Below are positions 1 to 10,625 of a stretch of DNA of 64,000 bases, one piece after another. This DNA is from Eledone cirrhosa (Eukaryota). The position numbers were made by a program, and so were the translations under genes. The stretch's first letter is position 1. Every line of letters begins with the position of its first letter. The notes below the pieces were generated by a model. The model was not told the origin of the DNA. It did not search any database and was given only the letters and a program-made list of their open reading frames with translations. The DNA is taken from contig CAXHJY010001441.1 in assembly GCA_964016885.1 (NCBI GenBank), positions 186,001-250,000 on the forward strand. Reading direction: 5' to 3'.

Positions 1-720
1 ACAAGTGCGTGCAGAACGGTTTCGTCGCTCTGTGCGCATCTTGGGCAGGTCCGTCTGACAGCACTTCCGTGCTTGTAGAGTTTATCCCGAACCGGCAGTG
101 CCTCTCGGTAACATTGCCAAACGAGGGATTTCTGGAAATTGTCCATCGTCACTGGCTCGAAAGTCCTCCGGTACAGACTGGTCAGAAAGCTTCTCCGAGT
201 GCGTCATTGCACTTGCCCACCACTAATCCTCTATAGAACTCGAAAGTGGAAGTTTCATTGATCGCATTGCCCGCTTGGTAGAGGGCAGTGAATGCCTGGC
301 AACATTTCAGATGCCAGTCACCCAGACTCGGTCTCTTCTTGACCCAGGACTGCAGCTCAGTCAAAGAAACGAGACGCAGAAGGGCCCGTCTGTTAAACGG
401 CGACCACACCTGTTCACCGTTTAGGAGGATATCTGGAGATGTCGCAGCCTCAGCGCATGTCTGCGCATCATTAGCCACGGCATGCCCAGCTCTCCGCGTA
501 GAGGGTGCTGGCAGCAGATGGACCGCCTCACCAACAGAACTTGTCCTTTCCACAAGAATTTGAAGAGGAACCGTTCCAACTTGACGAGGGGCAGACGGGG
601 GGCAAGGCACGACTGTCAGGCGGTAGTAGATGACGGACGCGATGTACGCATTCGCACCTCCGCGCTAACTTTCAATGATAGCTTCCTCCCAGCCCATTTG
701 TGGGTGAGATTTTGGTCCGA
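1..720 (-). mobile_element. L1/Tx1-clade non-LTR retrotransposon ORF2 C-terminal fragment (zf-RVT region), degenerate, truncated by the window edge
   Basis: Minus strand of 1-119 translates to WQCYREALPVRDKLYKHGSAVRRTCPRCAQSDETVLHAL, the CxxC...ETxxH zinc-knuckle pattern at the end of L1/Tx1 ORF2. ORF 182..610(-) is the upstream part in another frame. A homologous copy lies at 4790-5350. Confidence 0.8.
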
Positions 721-730
721 ACCAAACCCC

Positions 731-930
731 ATAATAATAATTGTTTCTACTTTTGGCACAAGGCCAGCAATACCCAGTGCATTACTGGTACTTTATTTTA
801 TCGACCCCGTAAGGGTGAATTGCAAAGTTAACCTCGGCAGGATTTGAACTCAGATTAGCAAGGCCCATACCTCTATGCAGGAAAACATGGCGTCTGACCC
901 TCTACCAATACTGCCAATCCTCCAACGCCA
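731..930 (-). mobile_element. tRNA-derived SINE, short-tail subtype (Octopus-type)
   Basis: Minus strand has A-box-like TGGCAGTATTGG, B-box GAGTTCAAATCC, a core TTCACCCTTACGGGGTCGATAAAATAAAGTACC and an (ATT)n tail. More than 10 homologous copies are in the window. Confidence 0.85.
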
Positions 931-1165
931 TAATAATAATAATGATTTCTAATATAGGCACAAGGCCAGTAATTTAGGAGGAGGGCAAAGTCGATTAAAT
1001 CCACCCCAGTTGGTGGCTAGTACTTTATTTTATCGACCCCGTAAGGATGAAAGGCAAAACTAATCTCGGCGGGATTTGAACTCAGAACGTAAAGGGTCAT
1101 AACTATATGCTGCAAAACATGTTGTTGGACATTCTACCGATACTGAACTGCCAATCCATTGCCCT
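931..1165 (-). mobile_element. tRNA-derived SINE, long-tail subtype
   Basis: Same head and core as 731-930, plus an extra segment aatttaggaggagggcaaagtcgattaaatccacccc. It abuts the previous copy via (AAT)n. Confidence 0.85.
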
Positions 1166-1672
1166 TTATAGATTAACTACAAATAATGATATTAATATTA
1201 TGTTTGATATGGTAAACTCTTACTAGCTTGATACGAAAAACACCTTTTAACACGAATTCAATACTAACGAATAAAGCCGATAAACCACAAAAATACTGAA
1301 GTGTAATTGTGTAAGAAGTACACTGATTCACTGTAAAATATATTGATCCTTGTCTCATGTAATTAATGTTTTACAAATGATCGCATTGGCCATCGATCGT
1401 ATAAAACGTGTATACACCTGAAGAAACATTAATCATATTAATACTGTCAACTACCCTACACAAATTACACACAATCAACACAGTGAAAACAGCAACTGAG
1501 ATATTGGAGTTGTCGCATCAAAGAGAACATAAAATGAAGCATGCAAAATTCGACATCAAAAATATAAGAAGCGCTGCTCGACGAGAATGATTACAAACTA
1601 ATGTATGGGGTGGTATTTGAAAATAAAATAGAAAGAGCACAATTATACGCAAACGTAATATGTTTATACACC

Positions 1673-1818
<146 letters not shown>

Positions 1819-1893
1819 TCATACAGGTTTCAATCGAGGGTAACCACAGTAAGTAAGGTATCAATACATAGCAGAGTATAAATATTTAATATA

Positions 1894-1998
1894 GAAATGT
1901 TTTCTATAGGATTAGAACTGTTTCATTCTGAAGAAATCATCAGGAAAGCTTTCCTGGTGATTTCTTCTAAATGAAACAGTTCTAGTTCTGTAGAAGTC

Positions 1999-2003
<5 letters not shown>
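1894..2003. repeat. ~110-bp imperfect palindrome centred on AAAG|CTTT (1948/1949); each arm carries a hammerhead-like motif
   Basis: Left arm ...tagaactgtttcattctgaagaaatcatcaggaaag is the reverse complement of ctttcctggtgatttcttctaaatgaaacagttctag. The left arm read on the minus strand gives CTGATGA-tttcttcagaat-GAAAC. Confidence 0.85.
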
Positions 2004-2075
<72 letters not shown>

Positions 2076-2178
2076 AATTTTATAATACTATGAATTTACA
2101 ATTTGGTTTTGTAGATCTAGTCATTCTTTTCATTCTTTAAATATACCTCACTGTACCAAGGATTTCATGCATTTTCCA

Positions 2179-2229
<51 letters not shown>

Positions 2230-2364
2230 TGTGTACTTAGCTGTGTCTGGCTGGCTCGTCCCGGATTTTATGTGATTTTTGTTGTGTTAACACTGGTCTG
2301 AGGATCAGGCAGACTTAAAGTCTGGTCTGAATATTGACCCCAGATCACGAATCGGCTACCTGGG

Positions 2365-2945
<581 letters not shown>

Positions 2946-2964
2946 ACACACACACACATATATA

Positions 2965-3374
2965 TATATAAATTAGGATTGGTGCTCTGAAATAGCGATG
3001 TATACATGAATGTATGTATAGTATATTTGGCAATATACCGTATATTTAATTAAAAACATTTTGAAGACCTTGCGCTATTATTTTAAAGTAGTGACTATGT
3101 CACTTACTTTTTTTTTCAACAAGGGAAGGGAGATAAGCTGGCAGATCAGTCAGAGCACCAATCCAAATTTTCAATTTTTGCTAGGATGGCAATCGCTCTG
3201 TATAATCAGTTCCTGATTATTACTGGAATTCTATAAGAATCCAGCCTCTATAATTTTCAACAAAGCCGGCTAGTGTAAGCTCTGATGAACACCAACAGTG
3301 CGGAACAGGTCTGTCAGCTTATCTCCCTTCCCTTAATTAAACATACAGTATATCGCCAGAAATACTATACATAC

Positions 3375-3380
<6 letters not shown>
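2965..3380. mobile_element. Rearranged copy of a hammerhead-bearing repeat with internal inversion; 25-bp inverted repeats at 3121-3145 and 3310-3334
   Basis: 2975-3110 matches 4410-4550 directly. 3190-3255 is the reverse complement of 4321-4388. 3335-3378 is the reverse complement of ~3005-3052. aagggaagggagataagctggcaga pairs with tctgtcagcttatctcccttccctt. Confidence 0.7.
3277..3320 (+). ncRNA. Type I hammerhead ribozyme motif (GAAA changed to GGAA)
   Basis: aagct-CTGATGA-acac-caaca-gtgc-GGAA-cag-gt-ct-GTC-agctt. Stem I aagct/agctt is perfect, stem III is cag/ctg, and the cleavage triplet is GUC. Confidence 0.7.
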
Positions 3381-3460
<80 letters not shown>

Positions 3461-3549
3461 AGAGAGAGAGAGAGATGTAAGACGCTGGAAGGTAATATCC
3501 GTAGTGGTAGAGCACTCAGTCCAAGGGACGAGTTTGGTGGAAGAAGAGT

Positions 3550-3590
3550 CCGAGCTGAAGATCCGCATAAGGTGAAACAATTGATCTCGG
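3550..3590 (+). ncRNA. Type I hammerhead ribozyme motif, degenerate cleavage triplet
   Basis: ccgag-CTGAAGA-tcc-gcataa-ggt-GAAA-caatt-gat-ctcgg. Stem I ccgag/ctcgg is perfect and stem III is the palindrome CAATTG. The triplet is GAU instead of GUH. Confidence 0.65.
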
Positions 3591-3617
3591 TATGGTGAAC
3601 TAACTATTGTGTTACTA

Positions 3618-3698
<81 letters not shown>

Positions 3699-3840
3699 AG
3701 TGTAATTTACTACACAAAACGAAGGTTATAGAGAAAATTGAGGTTGGTAATGGCACATGGAATATATAAGAGACAGAATACTTTTTTGCGAAAAAACATA
3801 TAATTTTATAAGGTTAGGAAATAATAAAGGGTATAAAAAA

Positions 3841-3882
3841 TGACCGGTTTCGATGGGTCTGCAAAAGCCATCTTTTCAAATG
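3841..3882 (-). ncRNA. Degenerate minimal hammerhead motif
   Basis: Minus strand reads TTGAAAA-gatgg-cttttgcagac-ccatc-GAAA-ccg-GTC. Stem II has 5 bp and stem III is the palindrome ACCGGT. The first core box is decayed. Confidence 0.5.
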
Positions 3883-4041
3883 TTGATTAATATTAAGAAA
3901 AATTAATAATAAGAAGAGTTAAAATTTGAGATTTGAAAATTCAAGTATAAAATTCATTGTGGGATTTCATAGTAGTTTTCATCTTGGTAGCAGCTCGTTG
4001 ACTGCTGTGTGACTTTCTGGTATATATATATATATATATAT

Positions 4042-4113
<72 letters not shown>

Positions 4114-4118
<5 letters not shown>

Positions 4119-4637
4119 TGTATGTATAGTATATTTGGCAATATACTGTATGTTTAATTAAAAACTTTAAAACATTTAGAAACCCATTCGCTACGAGTTT
4201 TAAAGTAGTGACTTTGTCACTTACTTATTCTCGGCAAAAACAACAGGGAGTGGCCGACAGACAGTCTGTTTCTCGCTTGTGAGCGTTTATCAAGACCACA
4301 CACTCAGATGCCTTTGCCGAGAATTATAGAGGTTGGATTCTTATAGAATTCCAGCAATAATCAGGAGCTGATTATACAGAACTATTGTTGGTCCAGCTTA
4401 AATTAGGTATTAGTATAGGTGCTCTGAAATAGAGATGTATACATGAATGTATGTATAGTATATTTGGCAATATACAGTATGGTTAATTTAAAACATTTAG
4501 AAGACCGTACGCTATGAGTTTTAAAGTAGTGACTATGTCACTTACTTATTCTCGGTAAAAAAAACAGAGAGCGGCCGACAGACAGTCTGTTTCTCGCTTG
4601 TGTGTGTTTATCAAGACGACACACTCAGTTGCCTTGG
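4114..4637 (-). mobile_element. Tandem direct repeat (321-bp offset), each unit with a hammerhead-like motif; Penelope pseudo-LTR or retrozyme-like
   Basis: 4114-4313 repeats at ~4443-4634, with gccgacag at 4253 and 4574. Minus strand reads gtggtc-TTGATAA-acgct-caca-agcga-GAAA-caga-ctg-tct-GTC-ggccac. Confidence 0.65.
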
Positions 4638-4679
4638 AAGTAAAACATTAGATTAACTCTTGAAATAGGAGAAAGTTGG

Positions 4680-4714
4680 CCTTAACATTTCGGACGCTGT
4701 CCTTCATCAGAAGA
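4680..4714 (-). ncRNA. Minimal hammerhead motif (inverted copy of the 2823/8172 family)
   Basis: Minus strand reads tctt-CTGATGA-a-ggac-agc-gtcc-GAAA-t-GTT-aagg. Confidence 0.65.
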
Positions 4715-4789
4715 AGAATTAGAAGTAAGATAGATTGATGGGACGGGTGGTGTGGAATTGGAAAAAAATGTCTTTAGATAAAATAACAG

Positions 4790-5350
4790 GTTTAAGCCGA
4801 ATCCGTCCTACACGCATGAATCCATAGCTGCTCGACAAAACTCCAGAAGTCAGTAATGTACGGGCACTGGACGAGTGCATAGAGAAGGGTTTCGTCGGTC
4901 TGCGCACATCATACCACACTTCCGTGCCTGAGTTTATCTCGAATCGGCAGTGTCCTCATGTAGCACTGGGTTTCTGTTCACTAATTATCCGGAACAGATT
5001 GTTCGAATCCCTTTCTATGACTCTCAGAGCCTCTCCAAGAACGTCATCGCACTTGACCACCACTATTCCTCTATAGAACTCCAGGGTAGAATTTCCTCGC
5101 GCGTTGCCTAACTAGTAGAGGGTTGTGAGCGCCTGGCAACATTCTAGGTGTCACGCACCCCGTCTCGGTCTTCGTTTTGCCCAGGACTGCAGCTCAGTCA
5201 AAGAGACGAGCTGAAGAATGACCTGTCTCACAAAAGGTCACCGCACTTGTTTACCGTTTATGAATATCTGGAGATGCCGTAGCCTCAGTGCATGTTTTGG
5301 GTTCTTATCCGATTTAATGTGGAGGAGCGCCTCCATATTAATCCCAGACA
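4790..5350 (-). mobile_element. Second, more decayed L1/Tx1 ORF2 C-terminal fragment
   Basis: Collinear with 1-470 (shared cccaggactgcagctcagtcaaaga). Minus strand translates to QCYMRTLPIRDKLRHGSVV*CAQTDETLLYALVQCP. Confidence 0.8.
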
Positions 5351-6130
5351 AGTTTTCTCGCTTGGTTCTTTTTCCCCACGAAGAGAGTGTCATTGTCTTC
5401 CTTGACCATTCAACCCAGGATCCAACACATATCCATCTCCGGTGGAATTCGTAGAATCCTGTTCTTCACACTCCTTTTCAGCAAACTTGCTGAATACAGA
5501 ATGTATTGGTCCCTCCTACATGGGCCAACAAAGTGTTTACGGTCATGCTTCACTTTTAAGAGTGCTGAAATGGTTCAGAATTTCCTGGCTCTAGCAATGT
5601 GTTAGATGTCTGGAAATATGTTTTTACGTGCTCTTCCTACTTCTGTTTGCGGTGCTACCTCCAACCTTCTGGTTTTTACTGAAATGCTGCCAACTCTCCT
5701 GGTGGGACGATCACGTCGGCTGAAGTCTTGTATAATTTCATTATTTTGGTCATTCATTACAAACAAATGTCTTTGTCTATTAAGTCTATATTCAACATTT
5801 CTGTGGCTTTTGCAGTCGTTACTGCAAATGTCTTCTTGTTGTTGATCATGCCGTTGTTCATGGTTTTGTTCATACATTTCGTGTGCAGAGTTGGTGTTGT
5901 GGTTGTTGCTGTTGCTGTTGCAGCTGTCATTTGTTTAACATTGCTGCTGTTGCTGCTGTCATTTGTTCAATCCAGGCTGCTCTATCTTGTGGACAGCCGG
6001 CTGTTCATTTCAGAGGAAGTATTTTTCTCCTCAGTCATACCAATTATTTTTTTAATGACCGGCACGTTGGTGAACACACACACAAATTCGATCCTTAATA
6101 AGTCGAGAAACCAACCAGCTCCCTAAGAAA
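5350..6130 (-). mobile_element. Possible ORF1/5' remnant of the same LINE
   Basis: Coding-like, stop-interrupted minus-strand sequence (...RILRIPPEMDMCWIL...) directly 5' of the ORF2 fragment, with a (CAG/CAA)-rich leader. No diagnostic motif is confirmed. Confidence 0.35.
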
Positions 6131-6139
6131 ATGGTTGAT

Positions 6140-6575
6140 TTAGCCTCAAAATAATACATATTGTTCAGATAAAGATGTTTTAAAAACATGTAAATAAATA
6201 ATTATTTCTACTTTTGGCACACGGCCAGCAATTATCCCAGTGTATTACTGGTACTTTATTTTATCGACCCCGTAAGGATGAAAGGCAAAGTTAACCTCGA
6301 CGGGATTTGATCTCAGACCATAAAGGGCCATAATTCTATGCTGCAAAGCATGGCGTCTGACTCTTTACCAATACTGCCAATCCACCGCCTCAAAATAATA
6401 CATGTTGTTCAGATAAAGATGTTTTAATAAACACATAAACAAATAATTGTTTCTGCGTTAGGCACAAGGCCAGCAATTACCCAGTGCATTACTGGTACTT
6501 TATTTTATCGACCCCGTAAGGATGAAAGGCAAAGTTAACCTCGGCGGGATTTGAACTCAGAATGGCAATAAACAA
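6140..6575 (-). mobile_element. Two SINE copies within a local ~245-bp tandem duplication
   Basis: The flank gcctcaaaataatacat(a/g)ttgttcagataaagatgtttt occurs at ~6143 and ~6387. Each is followed by a SINE tail and core. The second SINE lacks most of its head. Confidence 0.8.
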
Positions 6576-6670
6576 ATAATGAACTTACTCCACCGATCTG
6601 TATCACGTCTAAAACACAATTAAAAACATGATAAAAATCTAAAGATGCAAATAGTTAAAGAGTTCCATTT

Positions 6671-7018
6671 ATATGTGTGTGTGTGTGTGTATGTGTGTGT
6701 GAGTGTATATGTGAGAGTGTGTATATACGTGCGTGTGCGTGCGTGTGTGTGTGTGAGAGTGTGTGTCTATGTATGTGTGTGAGAGTGTGTGTGTATGTAT
6801 GTGTGTGAGGGTGTGTGTGTGTGTATGTGTGTCTGTTTGTGTGTGTGTGTTTGTGTGGGTGTTAGTGTGTGAGTGTGTGTGTGTGTGTGAGTGTGTGAGT
6901 GTGTGAGTGTGTGTGTGTGTGTACGTGCGTGTGCGTGTGTGTGCGTGTGAGAGTGTGGGGGGTGGGCGTGTGTGCGGGTATGTGTGCATGCATGTGTGTG
7001 TGTGTGTGTGTGTGTGTT
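6671..7018. repeat. Imperfect (TG)n microsatellite
   Basis: Directly visible. Confidence 0.95.
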
Positions 7019-7024
7019 TTGTAT

Positions 7025-7480
7025 TTCTGTAGTGTTTGTTTCGCCAATATATCTTTTGTAACTTTTTGCTATTGATAGACCTGTCAACTCTCCTCATACG
7101 ATGGGGAGTTCACCCACCCACGTTGTGGTGTGGAGAGAAGTCTTCTCTTGTGAAAATAGGTGTAACTTTCATTATGTAAAATCACTCCATTTTGCCATAG
7201 TTCTCTCCGTTTGCTGGCGCTTTTGCTCATGGTACTCCCCGTTAGGGTCTTTAGAGGTTGGCAGGTCTGTATTGATATTATCAAAGATAGGACCCGTGGA
7301 ATCGAGAGAACATTTCTTAGATTTTATAAATATATTTTCTATATAATTTTTCCTGATATTCACTTTGAGTAGATATGAAAAAAAGTATTCTCTTACTGTT
7401 GTAACTACGGAGGTTCATATTATTTCATTTATCTTTGTAACATTGAAGAGGGCGCCGATATTAATTAAGAGTGCAATATT
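7025..7480 (-). pseudogene. Possible decayed GIY-YIG endonuclease (Penelope-like ORF) fragment
   Basis: Minus strand gives VYQ followed, after a frameshift, by KSYKRYIGET, resembling the GIY...YIGET motif. The upstream sequence is stop-ridden. Confidence 0.45.
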
Positions 7481-7524
7481 GAGTTATCCGTCTTTTTATT
7501 TATTTATTTATTGCTATAGCACCT

Positions 7525-7620
<96 letters not shown>

Positions 7621-7710
7621 AAAGTTAAACAAGGTTCAATGAATACATCAAAGAATGAGTTTTACAACAATTGGAAGCACTCAAAAGTTAAACGTTTTCC
7701 AGAGTTATTA

Positions 7711-7836
7711 ATATTAATTCAAAATATTAACAAAATAGATATTCTTGTGATCAATTGTATTTTATTGTACATATTTCAGAGATGTATAATAAAATATAAT
7801 TGATCACAAGAATATCTATTTTGTTAATATTTTGAA

Positions 7837-7843
<7 letters not shown>
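7711..7843. repeat. ~130-bp near-perfect AT-rich hairpin (foldback)
   Basis: atattaattcaaaatattaacaaaatagatattcttgtgatcaatt is the exact reverse complement of aattgatcacaagaatatctattttgttaatattttgaattaatat. Pairing continues inward with G-T pairs to a loop of about 10 nt. Confidence 0.92.
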
Positions 7844-7875
<32 letters not shown>

Positions 7876-7879
7876 ATAC

Positions 7880-8295
7880 ACACCCTTATATTAACATACT
7901 TTTGCTCACAGCTTCGTACTTACATGCACACACACTCTTTTACTCACAGATACACACACATTTCTTCTTAGCTTCGTACGGACGTATAATAACACACACA
8001 TACTCACACACACTCAAACACACACACACACACAAACACATGCTTACGCACGTGCTCAAGTATAGCTCATTTTACAAAACGTTTTTTTTTTTTCCATTTC
8101 AGGTAGACGCGCTCCATCCTCCACTTTTCTAATAAACAAATCATACAAAAAACGCCCGCAGCAACATTCTTTCTTCTGATGAAGGACTAGCGTCTGAAAC
8201 GTTAAGACCCTATTCCTGGTATATCAAGCGTTAACCTAATATATACCTTCCATATACTGTACCGATTGTATTGTTATTTCTGTTTACCTCTTACG
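7880..8295 (+). mobile_element. Second copy of the 2365-2945 repeat, internally deleted, with hammerhead
   Basis: Shares cttagcttcgtacg, catgcttac(a/g)cacgtgctcaagtatagctc and tatatcaagcgttaacctaatatataccttccatatactgtaccgattg with the first copy. Confidence 0.75.
8172..8206 (+). ncRNA. Minimal type I hammerhead ribozyme motif with intact core
   Basis: tctt-CTGATGA-a-ggac-tagc-gtct-GAAA-c-GTT-aaga. All core residues are present and stem III is the palindrome AACGTT. Confidence 0.75.
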
Positions 8296-8339
8296 TACAT
8301 ATATATATATATATGCACACACACAAACACACATAAACA

Positions 8340-8388
<49 letters not shown>

Positions 8389-8391
8389 TCA

Positions 8392-8464
8392 TGGTGTCCC
8401 AAAGAATGTATACACTCTTCAAAAGCATTCTAATAAAAGTGTGTATACATTTTTGGGGACACCT
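8392..8464. mobile_element. Tiny MITE-like element with ~24-bp terminal inverted repeats (Tc1/mariner-like)
   Basis: ggtgtcccaaagaatgtatacac ... gtgtatacatttttggggacacc, set in a TA-rich context. Confidence 0.6.
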
Positions 8465-8530
8465 TGTATATATATATATATATATATATAATTAATTATT
8501 TAATGTACAATAAACAATACATTATAATTA

Positions 8531-8598
8531 CCTCATTACCAGAGGTTTCCCGAATAAGACGGATACAAGAAACGTCCGTATTCGTTTGTCAGACAAGG
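8531..8598 (-). ncRNA. Type I hammerhead motif with extended stem II and one core substitution
   Basis: Minus strand reads ccttgt-CTGACAA-a-cgaata-cgga-loop-tccg-tct-tattcg-g-GAAA-cc-tct-g-GTA-atgagg. CTGACAA is consistent with CpG decay of CTGACGA. Confidence 0.65.
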
Positions 8599-8954
8599 CA
8601 ATTTAAACATAGTGAAATATTTGAAAAATCTCTTCAAGAAAGGCAAAAAGTTTAACGGGCAAAAAATAAATAAAAGTAATAATACAAGAAATGTATAAAA
8701 AATAAAAATAAAGAAATATAGTAAGGGGATGTCTGTATATGCACATACATAAGTGTATATGTACATATGTACATGTGTGTGTGTATGCACAACTACATGT
8801 GTATAGTGAAAAAATTGTGTGTGTAAGTACATGCATGAGGGTAAATATATTAGTGTATGTGTGACCCAAAAACGTATATATATATATGTTGAAAATATAA
8901 ATTGATATATATATATATATATTTTTAAAAATAGAGGTGAACACACGAATTGTG

Positions 8955-9357
8955 ATATATTAGTAAAAAGGAAAAGAATATGGTGACAAACTTTTCCCAG
9001 TGAAAAATAGTTTAATTAGGAATACGTATAAATTAGTAATAGTATTAGTATTCAGTTTTAGTTTTAAGTTTTTACCGGATGCGCATTTCTAATGGTTTTC
9101 AAAAATAATTTTGACATAGGATGTTCGTCATTTTTGCTCAAATCACAGATTAGAGCAAAAATCTGTGATTAGAGCAAACATCACGAGCATTCTATCTCAA
9201 AATTATTTTTGAAAACCTTTAGAAATGCGCATCCGGTAAAAACTTAAAACTAAAACTGAATACTAATACTATTACTAATTTATACTTATTCCTAATTAAA
9301 CTATTTTTCACTGGGAAAAGTTTGTCAGCATATTCTTTTCCTTTTTACTAATATATA
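8955..9357. repeat. ~400-bp foldback: two ~195-bp inverted arms with an 8-nt spacer
   Basis: atatattagtaaaaaggaaaagaatatg...aatcacagatt-agagcaaa-aatctgtgatt...catattcttttcctttttactaatatat. The arms differ at only a few scattered positions. Confidence 0.93.
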
Positions 9358-9584
9358 TATATATATATATATATATACAAGCGTACATGGGTGTACAGGC
9401 GAACCACACACACACAGACACATACACACACACAGACACACACACACAAACACCTATGTCCCCATACCAAAGAACGCCTCTAACAAAAGAGTAGCTTTTC
9501 CCACCTCCGTGCTCTCTCGTTAAATCACGACATAGCATCAGTTGGTTTGATATAAAGAGCGTCGACAGTTTATTTGAAGAAAAA

Positions 9585-9710
9585 GTAATTGTTCGACCTA
9601 GCGGTTCGACCTTGAAAGGATGAAAGGCACAGTTCACTTCAGTGGGATTTGAATGTGAAGAGCTGAAGAGCCGGAACAAATGCTGCAAACTATTTAATCC
9701 GACGTTCTAT
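9585..9710 (-). mobile_element. Degenerate SINE copy
   Basis: Core tcgaccttgaaaggatgaaaggcacagttcacttcagtgggatttgaa. Confidence 0.7.
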
Positions 9711-9909
9711 AGAGATATCCATAATACGATATTGTCGGAGAATGAGACAACACATGATTGACTCATAGACAGGAAGATTCTTTTAATCCTAAAACATTAA
9801 AAAAAAAAAAAAAAAAATTCTGAAACCTAATTGCTTGCTAAACGTGCCTTTCTAAAGCTTAGGATACCTTCAGTGAAATAATAGTAAATATAATAAATAC
9901 ATAGGAAGA

Positions 9910-10625
<716 letters not shown>

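Noticed and set aside
2295-2340. Additional hammerhead candidate ggt-CTGAGGA-hairpin-GAATATTG-acc
   Set aside because: The hairpin is real (cagact-taa-agtctg), but GAAA is incomplete and the cleavage triplet and stem I are ambiguous. It was not counted.
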